Assembly (NCBI RefSeq): GCF_006345805.1
Contig: NC_043006.1
Location: 17,112,001-17,176,000, forward strand
Origin: Octopus sinensis
Lineage: Eukaryota
Reading direction: 5' to 3'
DNA: 64,000 bases
Shown here: piece after piece, positions 1 through 13,772 of the stretch
How positions within the stretch are numbered: position 1 is the first letter of the stretch
How the letters are laid out: every line of letters begins with the position of its first letter
Translations under genes and position numbers: made by a program
The notes under the pieces: model-generated
Told to the model about the DNA's origin: nothing
Databases searched by the model: none
The model's input: the letters and a program-made list of their open reading frames with translations, nothing else

Positions 1-74
<74 letters not shown>

Positions 75-107
75 TAGATAGATACACATACATACATGCA
101 TACACAC

Positions 108-138
<31 letters not shown>

Positions 139-998
139 GCTTACATTTAGATACATATAATTCCATATATATATGCATTACACACACACACATGTAATGC
201 ATATATATATATATATATATAAGATATACACATTGTGTACAGGACAGCCCCAATGAGTGAAAAATACATAAACACATGAGAGAAAAGTACAGGACAAAAT
301 ACCGAAAGAAGATAACTCCTCATCAGTTGTCGGACTGTATATTACTCCTTATTTCATTCTTTTAATGAGAAGGTTTATATATACACATACATATACATGT
401 ATGTTTGTATGAATGTATGTATGTATGTTCAGTTTCCATTAAACAAATTCGCTCACAGAATTTTGGTTGGCCCAGGGCTATAGCAGAAGGCAATTACTCA
501 AAGTGCAGCGCAGAGAGACCGAAATCAAAAACTGTGTAGTTGGGAAGCAAATGTCTTCACCACACAACATACACAACACACACAACACAATTAGCATCTC
601 TGATGCGTGATTTATTTCTCTTGCTACAATCCACAAATCAAAACAAGAGAATTTAAGACACGAAATGCAATTATTTCATAGAGGTGATGTTTAATATAAA
701 TCATTATTAAAGGTATGCGTTTCGTGGTTTCATTAATTCCTATTATTTTCTCAATTCAGTTATGTCTTAACGACTTCTTCCCCGGTGATTTCTCGTTACT
801 TTCATTCTAAATGTTTGGCTTTTAATTAAGTTACATTGAGAACACTCATGATAGTGTATTAATTTTTGAAATATATTTCCCCAAACTATATTTGAAACAA
901 GGAGGAATTCGCTTATTGCTACAAACTAGATTTGTAAATAGGAAATATATTAGAACTATAGTTATCTAGAAACTCTCTCTCTCTCTCTTGTGTGCATG

Positions 999-1032
<34 letters not shown>

Positions 1033-1178
1033 TTCACACAGCTGTGTCCGTATGTATGTATGTATATATTGTATGCATGTATTGTATGTATGTATGTATG
1101 TATGTATGTATGTATGTATTTATGTATGTATATATATATGTGTGTGTGCGTGTATGTGTTTGTATATATATATATATA

Positions 1179-1231
<53 letters not shown>

Positions 1232-1584
1232 ATATATATACATATATATATATGTATATATGTGTGTGTGTATGTATGTATGTATGTATATTGATGGATA
1301 GATGTATAGATAAATATAGAGATATAGTCCTACATACATATATGCACACACACATACATGCATGCACACATGAGCGCGCACACATACACACACATGTATG
1401 ATAAAAGGAGCTGTTTTATTCGCTTCATGTTGGTTTATATGTTCACATTTTCCCAGTAAAGTAGATTGGTTTACACTGTGTCTCAGTTGGGTCTCCATCA
1501 TAGATAATGTGTCTCTTGTTTCCCTTGATTATCCACCAACAATTCCCCATCATACAGGTTGAAGTCATTATTTCTCATACTAAC

Positions 1585-1649
1585 CTTCAGTTAAGCCTGC
1601 AAACAGCTTTATTTGTCCCCCCACTTCTGTACATTTTCCTTTAGTCCAG
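1585..1649 (-). CDS. Possible internal exon (65 nt; WTKGKCTEVGGQIKLFAGLTE)
   Basis: Minus strand ctactttactctcag|...GAAG|GTTAGT; one open frame; cannot be linked to other exons. Confidence 0.2.
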
Positions 1650-1998
1650 CTGAGAGTAAAGTAGTTACTTAGGCAACTAATGGTTCAGAATGCACATGGC
1701 ATTGTCGGTTTATCAAAGCTGATGAAGAATAATCATTGTTTCATTGCAGAAGATATGGAAATATTGGCTTACACAAGCATACTGACATTCATTTGTTTGT
1801 TCAGTTACAGGATATGCATGATATTTCTCAGATATCAGTGATGATATTATATATGCATCTTACAGAGATGTTTTCTATGACTAAATAACTAAATTCCAAA
1901 GTGGTATTAGGAATTTCATACAAAGGATCCCTTGTATAGGCGCAGGAGTGGCCATGTAGGTGCAGGAGTGACCATATAGGCGCAGGAGTGGCTATATA

Positions 1999-2211
1999 TT
2001 TCTTTATTGCCCACAAGGGGCTAAACACAGAGGGGACAAACAAGGACAGACAAAGGGATTAAGTCGATTACATCGACCCCAGTGCGAAACTGGTATTTTA
2101 TTTATCGACTCCGAAAGGATGAAAGGCAAAGTCGACCTCGGCGGAATTTGAACTCAGACGAAATACCGCTAAGCATTTCGTCCGGTGCGCTAACATTTCT
2201 GCCAGCTCACT
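1999..2211 (-). mobile_element. SINE family D
   Basis: Core gccgaggtcgactttgcctttcatcctttcgg; TSD GGAGTGGCTATATA (1985-1998, 2212-2225). Confidence 0.8.
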
Positions 2212-3077
2212 GGAGTGGCTATATAGGCATTGGAGTGGCTATATAGGCACAGGAGTATATTGAATTATACATAGATATATACAAGATTTACACAGATATA
2301 AGAGATAGAACTTGTGGTCCACTCGCAGACCTTTTCCATTGGAAATTTTTGCCCACCACACTAAAAAGTTTCCCCACTCCTGGTTTAAAGCATTGCAATG
2401 CATAAAGGATATAAATATTTTTATGATGGCCTTTAAGTAATGCATGTGAGCATTTAGGCAATATATGTGAGTTGATGCAAATTAATAAAGATACAGACAA
2501 GACAAAGACAAAAAGGAACTTATATCACCCTTCTTAAGTTGTTTAATGCTTCTTATTTCAGGAAATTTTCCCCATATCAAATATAAGATACAAGATAATC
2601 TAAGAGTCCAAAGGAAAAAAAGTGTTATTATCAGCAGTAAATCACCATTATCATCGTTGTCGTTGTTGTCGTTGTTGTCGATGTTGATGTTGTTGTTGTT
2701 GTCATCATCGTTGTCATCGTCATCATCATAATCATTTAGTGCCTGTTTTTCCTGTTCGCATGGGTTGGAAGGTTTGACAGGTGCTGGTTAGCCAGAGGAC
2801 TGCTCCAAGCTTTAGCTCTTCTGCTTTGGCATGGTTTCAATGACTGGACGCTCTTCCTAATGTCGACCACTTTACAGAGTACGCTGGGTGCTTTTTCCTG
2901 TGGCACCAGTACCAGCAAGGTCACCAAGTAATGTGCAAGGCAAAGACCACCCCAACAAATGAGAGAGGAGTAGTATTGAGAAATGGTGGCTTTGTGCCAG
3001 GTAATGAAAGGTTAAGCTTTGATAAAGGGACAAAAACAGGTGTCATGCTGTAGGGAAGATACATAGCTACCCAAGTC

Positions 3078-3114
<37 letters not shown>

Positions 3115-3496
3115 AAGAGGAAGAGAGAGAGAGGATGGTGGGGAAGATACAGGTACAGTGAGGTGAATGTCAGTGGAGTTCACATGAGTGTAAAAGGAGA
3201 GAAAAGAGAGGAAACAGGAAGGGGAAAAGAGTGAGTGGAACTCAGGGATGGGGTATATACAGGGAGTGGCAGGATAGCAATGATATAGTTAGTGGTGGTG
3301 GTGGGGGGGTGCATTTCAGTAAAAGTTTTTCCTATTTTCAATTTATTATAATTTCTCAGAAATGCCAATAGTAACTTTACAAGCATCTTCACACAGTATT
3401 TATTTATTTCATTGTTGGTTTTTTATGTAAATTAGACTCAAACTTTGCATTGTAATAACAAGAGGAAAAAAGAAATGAGAAAATGATAAAATATAG

Positions 3497-3910
3497 GCAC
3501 AGGAGTGGCTGTGTGGTAAGTAGCTTGCTTACCAACCACATGGTTCCGGGTTCAGTCCCACTACATGGCACCTTTGGCAGGTATCTTCTACAATAGCCTC
3601 GGGCTGACCAAAGCCTTGTGAGTGGATTTAGTAGATGGAAACTGAAAGAAGCCCGTTGTATATATGTATATGTATATATATGTATGTGTGTGTATATGTT
3701 TGTGTGTCTGTGTTTGTCCCCCCAACATCGCTTGACAACCGATGCTGGTGTGTTTACGTCCCCGTAACATAGCGGTTCGGCAAAAGAGACTGATAGAATA
3801 AGTACTAGGCATACAAAGAATAAGTCCTGGGGTCGATTTGCTCGACTAAAAGCGGTGCTCCAGCATGACTGCAGTCAAATGACTGAAACAAGTAAAAGAG
3901 TAAAAGAATA
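3497..3910 (+). mobile_element. SINE family C with internal (TA)/(TG) microsatellite
   Basis: Head ggcacaggagtggctgtgtggtaagtagcttgc, core cttgggcaagtgtcttctac-like, internal microsatellite, tail ...gactgaaacaagtaaaagag. Confidence 0.75.
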
Positions 3911-4318
3911 TAGGCTTCAGAAAGCACCACATTGTTGTCTGTTAAAGAAATATTTCTCAAAATGTTCCATACTTTATTTTCAAAGAAAGTGGGTTTCTTA
4001 CAGCATACGGAAATCTCACATATTTGTTATTTTTACACAAAACAATTTCATCTCACTTTAGTTGTTTGTTTTCTTTTTTTTCCCTTTTTATAAAGTTTGG
4101 CCCTTTAGCATTCAAATTATTCTGTTAGATGTAATACTTAATTATTTACATTGTTTTGAATTTATCACACATTATCTTGTAGCTTTGAGATTTCAATGAT
4201 GTGATTGTTTATTTTTAGAATGATATTGTAGGGTAGGTGTGAGAGACTGGATTTGGCCAGTTTGGACATAAAATGTGTAGAAAATTTGAGCCAGATATGG
4301 CTGATTTAAATGCTAAAG

Positions 4319-4853
4319 CAGTATTTCCCAACCTATATTACCCCAGGATCCTCTATAAATTTTCAGAAAAATGTATGCCCCACTGGTGCTTGGTAAAAAA
4401 TAACTTTATTTTAAATATTTTATTGCTATTATTTAACCCTTTTGATACCAACCTGGCCAAAACCACCTCTGGCTCTGTAGTACAAATGTCTTGTTTTCAT
4501 AAGTATTGAATTAAAATCTTCCACCAAACCTTAGTCACAATTTATGTTCCCATCTCTAGCTTAATGATAACTAAGTTATTTTACTAAATCTTTGTTTTAT
4601 TTAAAATTAATTGAATGAAATACAGAGCATCTCAAAATAAATACGGTAATGAAAGGGTTAATACAAAAGAATCTACTGGTAACTCTTTTATTAAGTGCTG
4701 AATACAAAAAAAAGGTACATTATTGGCTCTAAGTAAAAAAAAAAAGTGAATCGTTTTAATAAGAACATGTGTCTAGCAACTATGACACACAATCCCACCA
4801 CAATTTTCCCAGGCGCCACTGGTGGGGCATATACCCCATGTTGGGAATCACTG
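4319..4853. mobile_element. hAT-type MITE containing a TTAA MITE
   Basis: TIR cagtatttcccaac / gttgggaatcactg; 8-bp TSD TGCTAAAG / CGCTAAAG. Confidence 0.8.
4433..4661. mobile_element. TTAA-flanked MITE family F (piggyBac-type ends)
   Basis: TTAA-CCCTTT...AAAGGG-TTAA; related to 59368-59595. Confidence 0.8.
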
Positions 4854-5201
4854 CGCTAAAGTGTTAAGTATCATTTTAACCCCTTTGTCACCATATTTCT
4901 GTCGAAATGCATGGCCTGGCTTTCAGTTTATTTTGAAAATAATTTTAAATTTAATAAAATAACTTCATCCTTATTTATTTGGTTTGTGGAGCATAAATTA
5001 ACCTGAAAATTTGATGGAAGGTTTAAATTTATATAATTTTAAAACAGAAAGTTTGTATCATAGAACCAAGGAGAAGTTTCAGACAGGTTAGTATCAAAAA
5101 GGTAAATGCTTGCCTGCAATTTAAAAAATATATACTGTTCATTATATTTCGTTTTGGGATTTGGTTTGCAAGATTCTTTATATGAGTTCGTGTGTTAAAG
5201 C

Positions 5202-5500
5202 ATATTCTGTTGTGTCTGGGGAGAGTCATTTTCTTTTTGTGCCTTATTATTTAACACACTCACTGGTAAAATTTCCACTTATTTCTTTTTTTTATAGTCC
5301 TAAAATTTTTGTTGCATGTTGCAACCTTTTCAATGGTTTTGACTCTCAATAGTTTTGAGTCAAAACTATTGAAAAGTTTGCAAGACGCAACAAAAATTTT
5401 AGGAAAACATAAATAGAAAATAAGTGGAAATTTTACCAGTGAGTGTGTTAAATAATAAGGCACAAAAAGAAAATGACTCTCTCCAGACATAACAGAATAT
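5202..5500. repeat. About 300-bp palindrome (144-bp arms, 11-nt loop)
   Basis: The same peptide SGESHFLFVPYYLTHSLVKFPLI appears in the plus and minus ORF tracks; centre gactc-tcaatagtttt-gagtc. Confidence 0.9.
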
Positions 5501-6239
5501 ACTGTTCAAATTCATTCTTTTATAAGGTTTGGTACATTCCATATCTTTATTAATGGACTCAGTATCTTCTTTTGGGATTAAACCTGACTTCATTTATCTC
5601 TCATCAAACACTTTATTGATCTGAATAAAACCTGTTTTCGACACCCTTAAGTACAATTAATGATTTTATTTGAGTACACAAGGCAATAATTGTTACCATA
5701 GTTACAGGTAAACATTCTTATCAGGTCCAAGGAGATATGTTACAATACATTTTCTCTTTGTATTAGTGAAGTGTTTCCCATGTAAAACTAATGACTAGGG
5801 TGTCACAAAAACTTTAGTATTCAATGAAAAATAATTAAGCTGGAACAAAGGGGTTTAATTATTATGCATTATATATATTTTTCTCTTATCCTATGAATCC
5901 ATACAATTATTATTTGGATCATTCATTCGGGATTATGTTCTCTCTTTGAACTCAAAATCTGTTTTAATCTTGTGAGTTGGAAATTTTTTTTTCACAAGCT
6001 TTCACATGTTAAGGGTGGAAGACTTCCTAAAAGTTCAATAAATAAATGGAACATATTTTTGTCTGAATATCGGGCAGGAGAATCTTGTATCCCTAAGAAA
6101 CGAAGCTTTGTTCTGTTGAAAGAAACTAAAAAATGAGACATAGAAGAAAAATGCTCAGAGAAACAGACATTATATACATTCCCACGTCTTCAGTGCTATT
6201 TATATGGAAGATAACACATACACCCACATACACATACAC

Positions 6240-6775
<536 letters not shown>

Positions 6776-7077
6776 AATAGGACAAAGAAATTCGCAAACA
6801 ATTGGCTTCGACTAAATGTCTCATGTTTTGCTATCTCACATTTTAAAGTCAATCAAACGAGAGTTAAGCTTTTTTTTTCTTCTTTGTTGGTTCTTCCGTA
6901 TTAACAAAATAAGAATTGGCATGAAGTGAATCAACCTGCTCCACTTCCTATTACCAAAAAAAAAAAAAGAAAAAAAAATGTCCTTTCATCTAAGAACTAA
7001 ATTATATATATATAAATATGTGTGTGTGTGTGTGTGTGTGTATGTAGAGAGAAAGAAAGAGAAAGTTATATATATTT

Positions 7078-7375
7078 ATTTCTTTATTGCCCACAAGGGG
7101 CTAAACATAGAGGGAACAAACAATGACAGACAAAGGGATTAAGTCGATTACATCAACCCCAGTGCATAACTGGTATTTATTTAATTGATCCTGACAGGTT
7201 GAAAGGCAAAGTCGACCTTGGTGGAATTTGACGTTTAGAGTTCAAATTCCGCCAAGGTGAACTTTTCCTTTCATCCTTTTGGGGTCGATTAAATAAGTAC
7301 CAGTTACACACTGGAGTCTATGTAATCAACTTAATCCCTTGACTTCGTCTTTTGTTCTTTTGTAAACTCTCCCTA
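7078..7375. mobile_element. Two 5'-truncated family D copies fused head-to-head
   Basis: 7078-7231 minus and 7238-7375 plus; junction ggtggaatttga-cgtttagagt-tcaaattccgcc. Confidence 0.75.
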
Positions 7376-7401
7376 TACATACATACTTACATACATTATA
7401 T

Positions 7402-7433
<32 letters not shown>

Positions 7434-7662
7434 ATATATATTTTATATATATTTATATATATATGTATATTTATATATTTTATATATGCTGGCATGGGTT
7501 GGACAGCTTGGCAGGAACTGGCATGTCCAGAAGTTGCACCGAGTTCCATAGTCTGTTTTGGCATGGTTTCGAGAGCTGGTGCCAACCATTTTACAGAGTA
7601 TACTGGGTGCTTTATACACTGTACCAGCACCAGCATATATTTATATATATTTATATGTGTAT

Positions 7663-8000
7663 GAGACCCTCTTCGGTCATGACTGACCGTAGGATTGCAC
7701 CTAGAAAGTTACCCTCCCAGGCACAAGTCCGGGCAAGGTTGTTTATGGAAGGCCAGCAGTCGCCCATGCATACTGGTCTCCCCTCTCCACGCCACCAGTG
7801 TTATCCAAGGGAAAGGCAAAGGGGCCGATACAGTTTGGCACCTGTGACGTCGCAACTCATTTCTACAGCTGAGTGAAAAGGAGCAACATGAATTAAAGTG
7901 TCTTGCTCAAGAACACAACAACAGCCCAGACCAGGATTTGAACTCACAACCTCACGATCGTAAGCTCGACGCTCTAACCACTGAGCCATGCGCCTTCACT
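7663..8000 (-). mobile_element. tRNA-headed SINE family B
   Basis: Reverse-complement match to 13434-13772. Confidence 0.8.
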
Positions 8001-8033
8001 TATATGTGTATATTATATATATGTATATGTATG

Positions 8034-8141
<108 letters not shown>

Positions 8142-8355
8142 GTGAAGGGAAGAAATGGAGCCGAACGAAGATTCTACAAAATTCCTTTTTATTATTTTCT
8201 ACACATGTTTCAAAGGCAGCATGGATTTTTGTCAGTGAACAAGGTCGCGGATTTTAGCGACGAAAATATTTTGACAAATTAAACTTAAATGTTGAAGTGA
8301 ATCGAACGGCTTTTGTGTGTTTCTTAAATGGCTTATAAACACCCTCCACGCTGCA

Positions 8356-8438
<83 letters not shown>

Positions 8439-8731
8439 TATAGATGAAACAGGGACAACTGAAGAAGGGGAATATTCTTTATGTTGTATGTCTCATTTCT
8501 CTGTTTTTTTCGTTGTCTGAAAAAATGTTCATTTCTATGTTTTTGTTTTTATGTTTTCATTTCTCATTGAGTTCAACTTTTTTTTTATGTCCTCTACCCA
8601 TATATGTATGTATATATACATATATATGTACATATATACATATATGTATGTATATATGCATATATTTACATATTATTTATATTATTATATGATCAAACGC
8701 CATGCATCCTTTTCCAAGTAAGTTTTATCTA

Positions 8732-8766
<35 letters not shown>

Positions 8767-8912
8767 TTATCTATCTATCTATCTACATATATTTATATAT
8801 ATATATACCGGAGTAAACACATAAATGTGAAACAAGGTGGAAAAAAAGAGTACTCAAATACCAGTGGTAGAGTAATATGCTTTATTTAAAACAGCAGAAA
8901 ATTCTACAAAAC

Positions 8913-8950
8913 CTGTTACTCTGAGTTTCACGTTGCCGTTCATCGGACAG
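8913..8950 (-). ncRNA. Minimal hammerhead motif (U4 to C) inside an inverted pair of Penelope-like ends
   Basis: Minus strand ctgt-CCGATGA-acg-gcaa-cgt-GAAA-ctcagag-TA-acag; GCAA-capped stem II. Confidence 0.5.
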
Positions 8951-9288
8951 TTTTTGCTAGATAATCGGCAATGTGAAACTCAGAGTAACAGGTTTTGTAG
9001 AATTTTCTGCTGCTTTAAATAAAGTATATATATATGCTAGTGCTGGTACCATGTATAAAGTACCCAGTATACTCTGTAAAGTGGTTGGCACCAGTAGTCA
9101 AAACCACGCCAAAACAGGATATGGAACTCGGTGTAGCCTCTGGTCTTGCCAGTTCCTGTCAAGCTGTTCAACCCATGCCAGCATGAAAAACAGACATTAA
9201 ATATTGATGATGACGACGATGACATGTGAATCGTTGGCAACTTTTTTTCCTCCGTCTTCTTTTTCTGTTGGACTTACCTCTGTCTCCT

Positions 9289-9324
9289 GTTTCTGAAGAA
9301 GAGCTTTTTCCCGAAATGTAAAAC
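9289..9324 (+). ncRNA. Degenerate minimal hammerhead motif
   Basis: gttt-CTGAAGA-agagctttttccc-GAAA-tg-TA-aaac; stem I perfect, stem II decayed; flanks related to the 14150-14320 copy. Confidence 0.4.
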
Positions 9325-9544
9325 TACCTTTCTTTCCTTCTCTGAGCATCTGCTAATACTTTACATGTACCATATCCTTGTGTTGTTGTTTTTTGCATTT
9401 GTTCTTCGTTATATATATATATATATATATATTATATACATATATATATATATATATTATATACATATAGACACATGTATATGTCTATATGTGTGTATAT
9501 ATATTTATATATATATGTATATATCTCTTTTTCTTTTTGTTTTT

Positions 9545-10250
9545 TTTTAATTTACATCCATCGTCCATGCTGGCATGGGTGGGACGATTTGACCACTGCT
9601 GGCAAGCTGGGGAGCTGCACCAGACTCCAGTTTGCTTTGGCATGGTTTCTATGGATGGATGCTCTTCCTAACACCAACCACTTTACAGAGTGTGCTGGGT
9701 GCTTTTACATGGCACCACATGGGCACTTTTACATAACACCACATGGGCACTTTTATATGGCATCACCATAAATGATTTACACCTCCAAAGGGACCAGTCT
9801 TAACACTTCTGCTGTGGAGTACAGGTCTTCTTGAGTACAGCAAGGTACCAGGCATCTTAGTCTTTTGTCATCTTGCCTGAAAAGTTCAGCATCTTGAGGT
9901 CATTCTTCAATACTGCATCTTCCGGGATGTCCCACTTCCACATGTTCCATCCACTTTGAGAGATCAGCACTTCTCTATGGAGCTGTTGGCATCCATCCGC
10001 ATCACTTGACCAAACCAGTACAGTCATCTCTCTTGCACACAGCAACCAATTCCTCTTATGTCTAACTTCTCTCTCAAAACCCTAGAATTCTGTCAAACAT
10101 GTACTCTTATATTATACATCCAATGGAGCATACTAGCCACATTCCTTACTAACCTTTGCATGCCCTCTGCATTCAGGTCCCATGTCTCACTACCATGGAG
10201 AATTGCTGTCCATATACATGAATCACACAATTTTCTTTTCACTTGGAATA
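9545..10250 (-). mobile_element. RTE-clade LINE 3' fragment (ORF end plus family-E-type 3' UTR)
   Basis: VKRKLCDSCIWTAILHGSETWDLNAEGMQRLVRNVASMLHWMYNIRVH, then degenerate WFGQVMRMD; continues into the family E sequence. Confidence 0.75.
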
Positions 10251-11367
10251 TGTATGTAGTATGTATGTATGTATGTATGTATGTATGTATGTATGTATGT
10301 ATGTATGTATGTACGTATGTATATATACACACACGCACACACACACACACACATGTATAGACTTAAACATGTTAAAATATATCCACTCCCATGTTCACAC
10401 CCACATATACAAATATGCACTCATTGCTCATACCTGTTTATTTATTTGCAACCACCCACATATACGCAAAAACAAGTATACACTCCTATGAATACGCACA
10501 AAAATATTTTTTTATGGGTTTTCTTGAAATCCAGCTTTATAGAAAAATTCAAGAGCATTTCAGAAACAAAGGCAAAAAAAACACCCCTAAACACACAACA
10601 ACAACACAAAAAACCATAAAAGGACACACAGTTCAAGGTAATTAATATTTATGCTGCAAGGAAAAATCCCAGTAAGGAAAAAATGCCCGCTTGAATGATT
10701 TCATTTCCTTGTCTAACTTCTAAATTCATTCAGTCTTGATTTGATATACAATCACAAAGCCTGGGACTTATGCATGAAGTGGTATGAGATTGTACAACAT
10801 TCATGTGTTTTTAAAGAGCTTTATCAATGAAGTGAAGTAAAATGGCTTCATTCCAAAATGAAATTTGGTTTGAGAATTCCCTAAGAGAACCTTACCACTC
10901 TTGCGACAGAATTCAAAACAAAAATCCATTTAATATTAATCCTTTTATTATCTGTCAATTGGTTAGTCTTGATCTAGTTGACATATGATAAAAGATTTTT
11001 AATGAGTGATCACTCTGTACAATGCATGGTATGTTCTTGCATTGTAAAAATAGGGAATGGTTTGAGGTGAATTTGGCTGCTATATCTTCTAGGTTGAATA
11101 ATAGCATACTACTTCTTTAGCTAAAATTCTAGCTTCTATTACGAGATACATAGATGCATAGATGTATACATGCACACTAATGTGTGCGCGTGCGCGCACG
11201 TGTGTGTGTGTGTGAGAGTATATATAGTGTTTAAAGTGATGTACAGATATTGTATATTAAGAAAAAGCAGGCAGTCAGAATTTTGAATAATTCTTTATTT
11301 GGCTCTCATCCATTCATGAGGATTTTTCAAAATACATTTTATAGAAGGTTTCTTGGTTTTTACACAA

Positions 11368-11640
11368 ATGGAGAGGAGGAGATGTGAAAGAGAAAAAAAG
11401 GGAATGAAGGGAGAAGAGGAGGAGATGTAAAAAAGGTAAAAAGAAGGAAGGGAGGAGAGGAGGAGATGTGAAAGAGAAAAAGAAGAAAGGAGGAAATGTG
11501 AAAGAGAAAAAGGAAGAAAAGGATGAGAGGAGATGTGAAAGTGAAAAAAGAAGGAAGGGAAGAAAGGAAGAAATGTGAAAGAGAAAAAGGAAGAAAAGGA
11601 TGAGAGGAGATGTGAAAGTGAAAAAAGAAGGAAGGGAGGC
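11368..11640. repeat. Purine-rich minisatellite (gaggagatgtgaaagagaaaaag... units)
   Basis: About six imperfect units. Confidence 0.8.
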
Positions 11641-12038
11641 GAGGAGCAGATATATATTCTCACCTTCTGCTTTCTTACCTGTCCTCCTTGTCTCCCTCCT
11701 TCTCCCTCTCCCTCTCCCTCCCTCTATTACACTTAGCTCTCCACAAAATCATTCCATTTTTAATCTCCTTTCTGACAACAGCTCAAATGTAGGATTTCTT
11801 CCCTGAAGACAGAGGCTCATATCATCCTGTGATAGAATCAATTTACAATCATTATTTCATAATACTGAGCCCTCCAGAAACAGCTGTTGGCTTTGTAATA
11901 CTCTTCTTCACCTCCTTTTAATTCTTGATATTTCTATTCTGTGTAAGTCTGACATTTCACGTGTAAACATATATACTTTTTTCAATTTAATGAACTTAAT
12001 ATCTTTTGAATATCAACCTGCCTAACTTGTTTATCCTT

Positions 12039-12936
12039 ATGTATGTATGTATGTATGTATGTATGTATGTATGTATGTATGTATGTATGCATGTATGCAT
12101 GTATGCATGTATGTATGTATGTGTGTATGTATGTGTCTATGTATGTATGTACGCATGTATGTACGTATGAATGTATGTATGTATGCATGTATGTATTCAT
12201 GTATGCATGTATGCATGTATGTATGTATGTATGTGTGTATGTATGTGTGTATGTATGTGTCTATGTATGTGTCTATGTATGTATGCATATATGCATGTAT
12301 GCATGTATGTATGTGTGTATGTATGTGTCTATGTATGTATGTATGTATGTATGTATGCATGTATGCATGTATGCATGTATGTATGAATGTATGTATGTAT
12401 GCATGTATGCATGTATGTATGCATGTATGCATGTATGTATGTATGTATGTGTGTATGTATGTGTCTATGTATGTATGTACGCATGTATGTATGTATGTAT
12501 GAATGTATGTATGTATGTATGTATGTATGCATGTATGCATGTATGCATGTATGTATGAATGTATGTGTGTATGTATGCATGTATGCATGTATGTATGAAT
12601 GTATGTATGTATGCATGTATGCATGTATGTGTGTATGCATGTATGCATGTATGTATGTATGTATGTATGTATGTGTGTATGTATGTGTCTATGTATGTAT
12701 GCATGTATGTATGTATGAATGTATGTATGTATGAATGTATGTATGTATGTATGTATGTATGTATGTAGTATGTATGTATGTATGTATTCATGTATGCATG
12801 TATGTATGTATGTATGCATGTATGCATGTATGTATGTATGCATGTATGCATGTATGCATGTATGTGTGTATGTATGCATGCATGCATGCATGTATGTATG
12901 TATGTATGTATGTATGTATGTATGTATGTATGTATA
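12039..12936. repeat. (TATG)n/(TATGCA) microsatellite, about 900 bp
   Basis: Direct inspection. Confidence 0.95.
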
Positions 12937-13373
12937 GGTGCAGGCATGACTGTGTGGTTAAGAAGCTTGCTTCCCAACCATGTGGTCTTGGGTTCAGCCC
13001 CACTGCGTAGCACCTCAGACAAGTGTCTTCTACTGTAATCCTGGGCTTATGAGTGGATATGGTAGACGGAAACTGAAAGAAACCTATTGTGTATGTATAT
13101 ATTAGTAAAGAACTCTGCATATTCTTGTGGCAGGGTCCTAGGTCATAGTTCATCACAATTCTGTATTGTAAAATCCATGGTTGTGCTCCTGCTATACTGG
13201 TTTTTACACAGAGTGATATACAAGACAAGGAATAAATAATGGTCATTGCATATTTTTTCTCTACTGTAATAAATCTGACTTACAGCTGTTTCCTGTAATA
13301 ACTTCTGGAAATAGCTGTAAGTCAAATTTACAACAGTACAGAAAAATAAGTAATGACTATCAGTTATACCTTG

Positions 13374-13425
<52 letters not shown>

Positions 13426-13433
13426 CACATATA

Positions 13434-13772
13434 AGTGAAGGTGCATGGCTCAGTGGTTAGAGCGTCGAGCTTACGATCGTGAGGTTGTGAGCTCGAATCC
13501 CGGACCGGGCTGCGTGTTGTGTTCTTGAGCAAGGCACTTTATTTCACGTTGCTCCAGTTCACTCAGCTGTAGAAATGAGTTGCGACGTCACAGGTGCCAA
13601 GCTGTATCGACCTTTGTCTTTCCCTTGGATAACACTGGTGGCGTGGAGAGGGGAGGCTGGTATGCATGGACGACTGCTGGTCTTCCATAAACAACCTTGC
13701 CCAGACTTGTGTCTAGGAGGGTAACTTTCTAGGTGCAATCCCATGGTCTGTGTCGTGACCGAAGGGGGTCTC
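13434..13772 (+). mobile_element. tRNA-headed SINE family B
   Basis: Head GGTGCATGGCTCAGTGGTTAGAGCGTCGAGCTTACGATCGTGAGGTTGTGAGCTCGAATCCC, then ttcttgagcaaggcacttt core. Confidence 0.8.

Noticed and set aside
4665-4730. Strong minus-strand acceptors followed by HLIKELPVDSF
   Set aside because: Inside the hAT MITE; the acceptors come from poly-T runs.
6864-6947. Possible minus-strand terminal exon EVEQVDSLHANSYFVNTEEPTKKKKKA*
   Set aside because: Depends on homopolymer length, has no recognisable homology, and cannot be chained to other exons.
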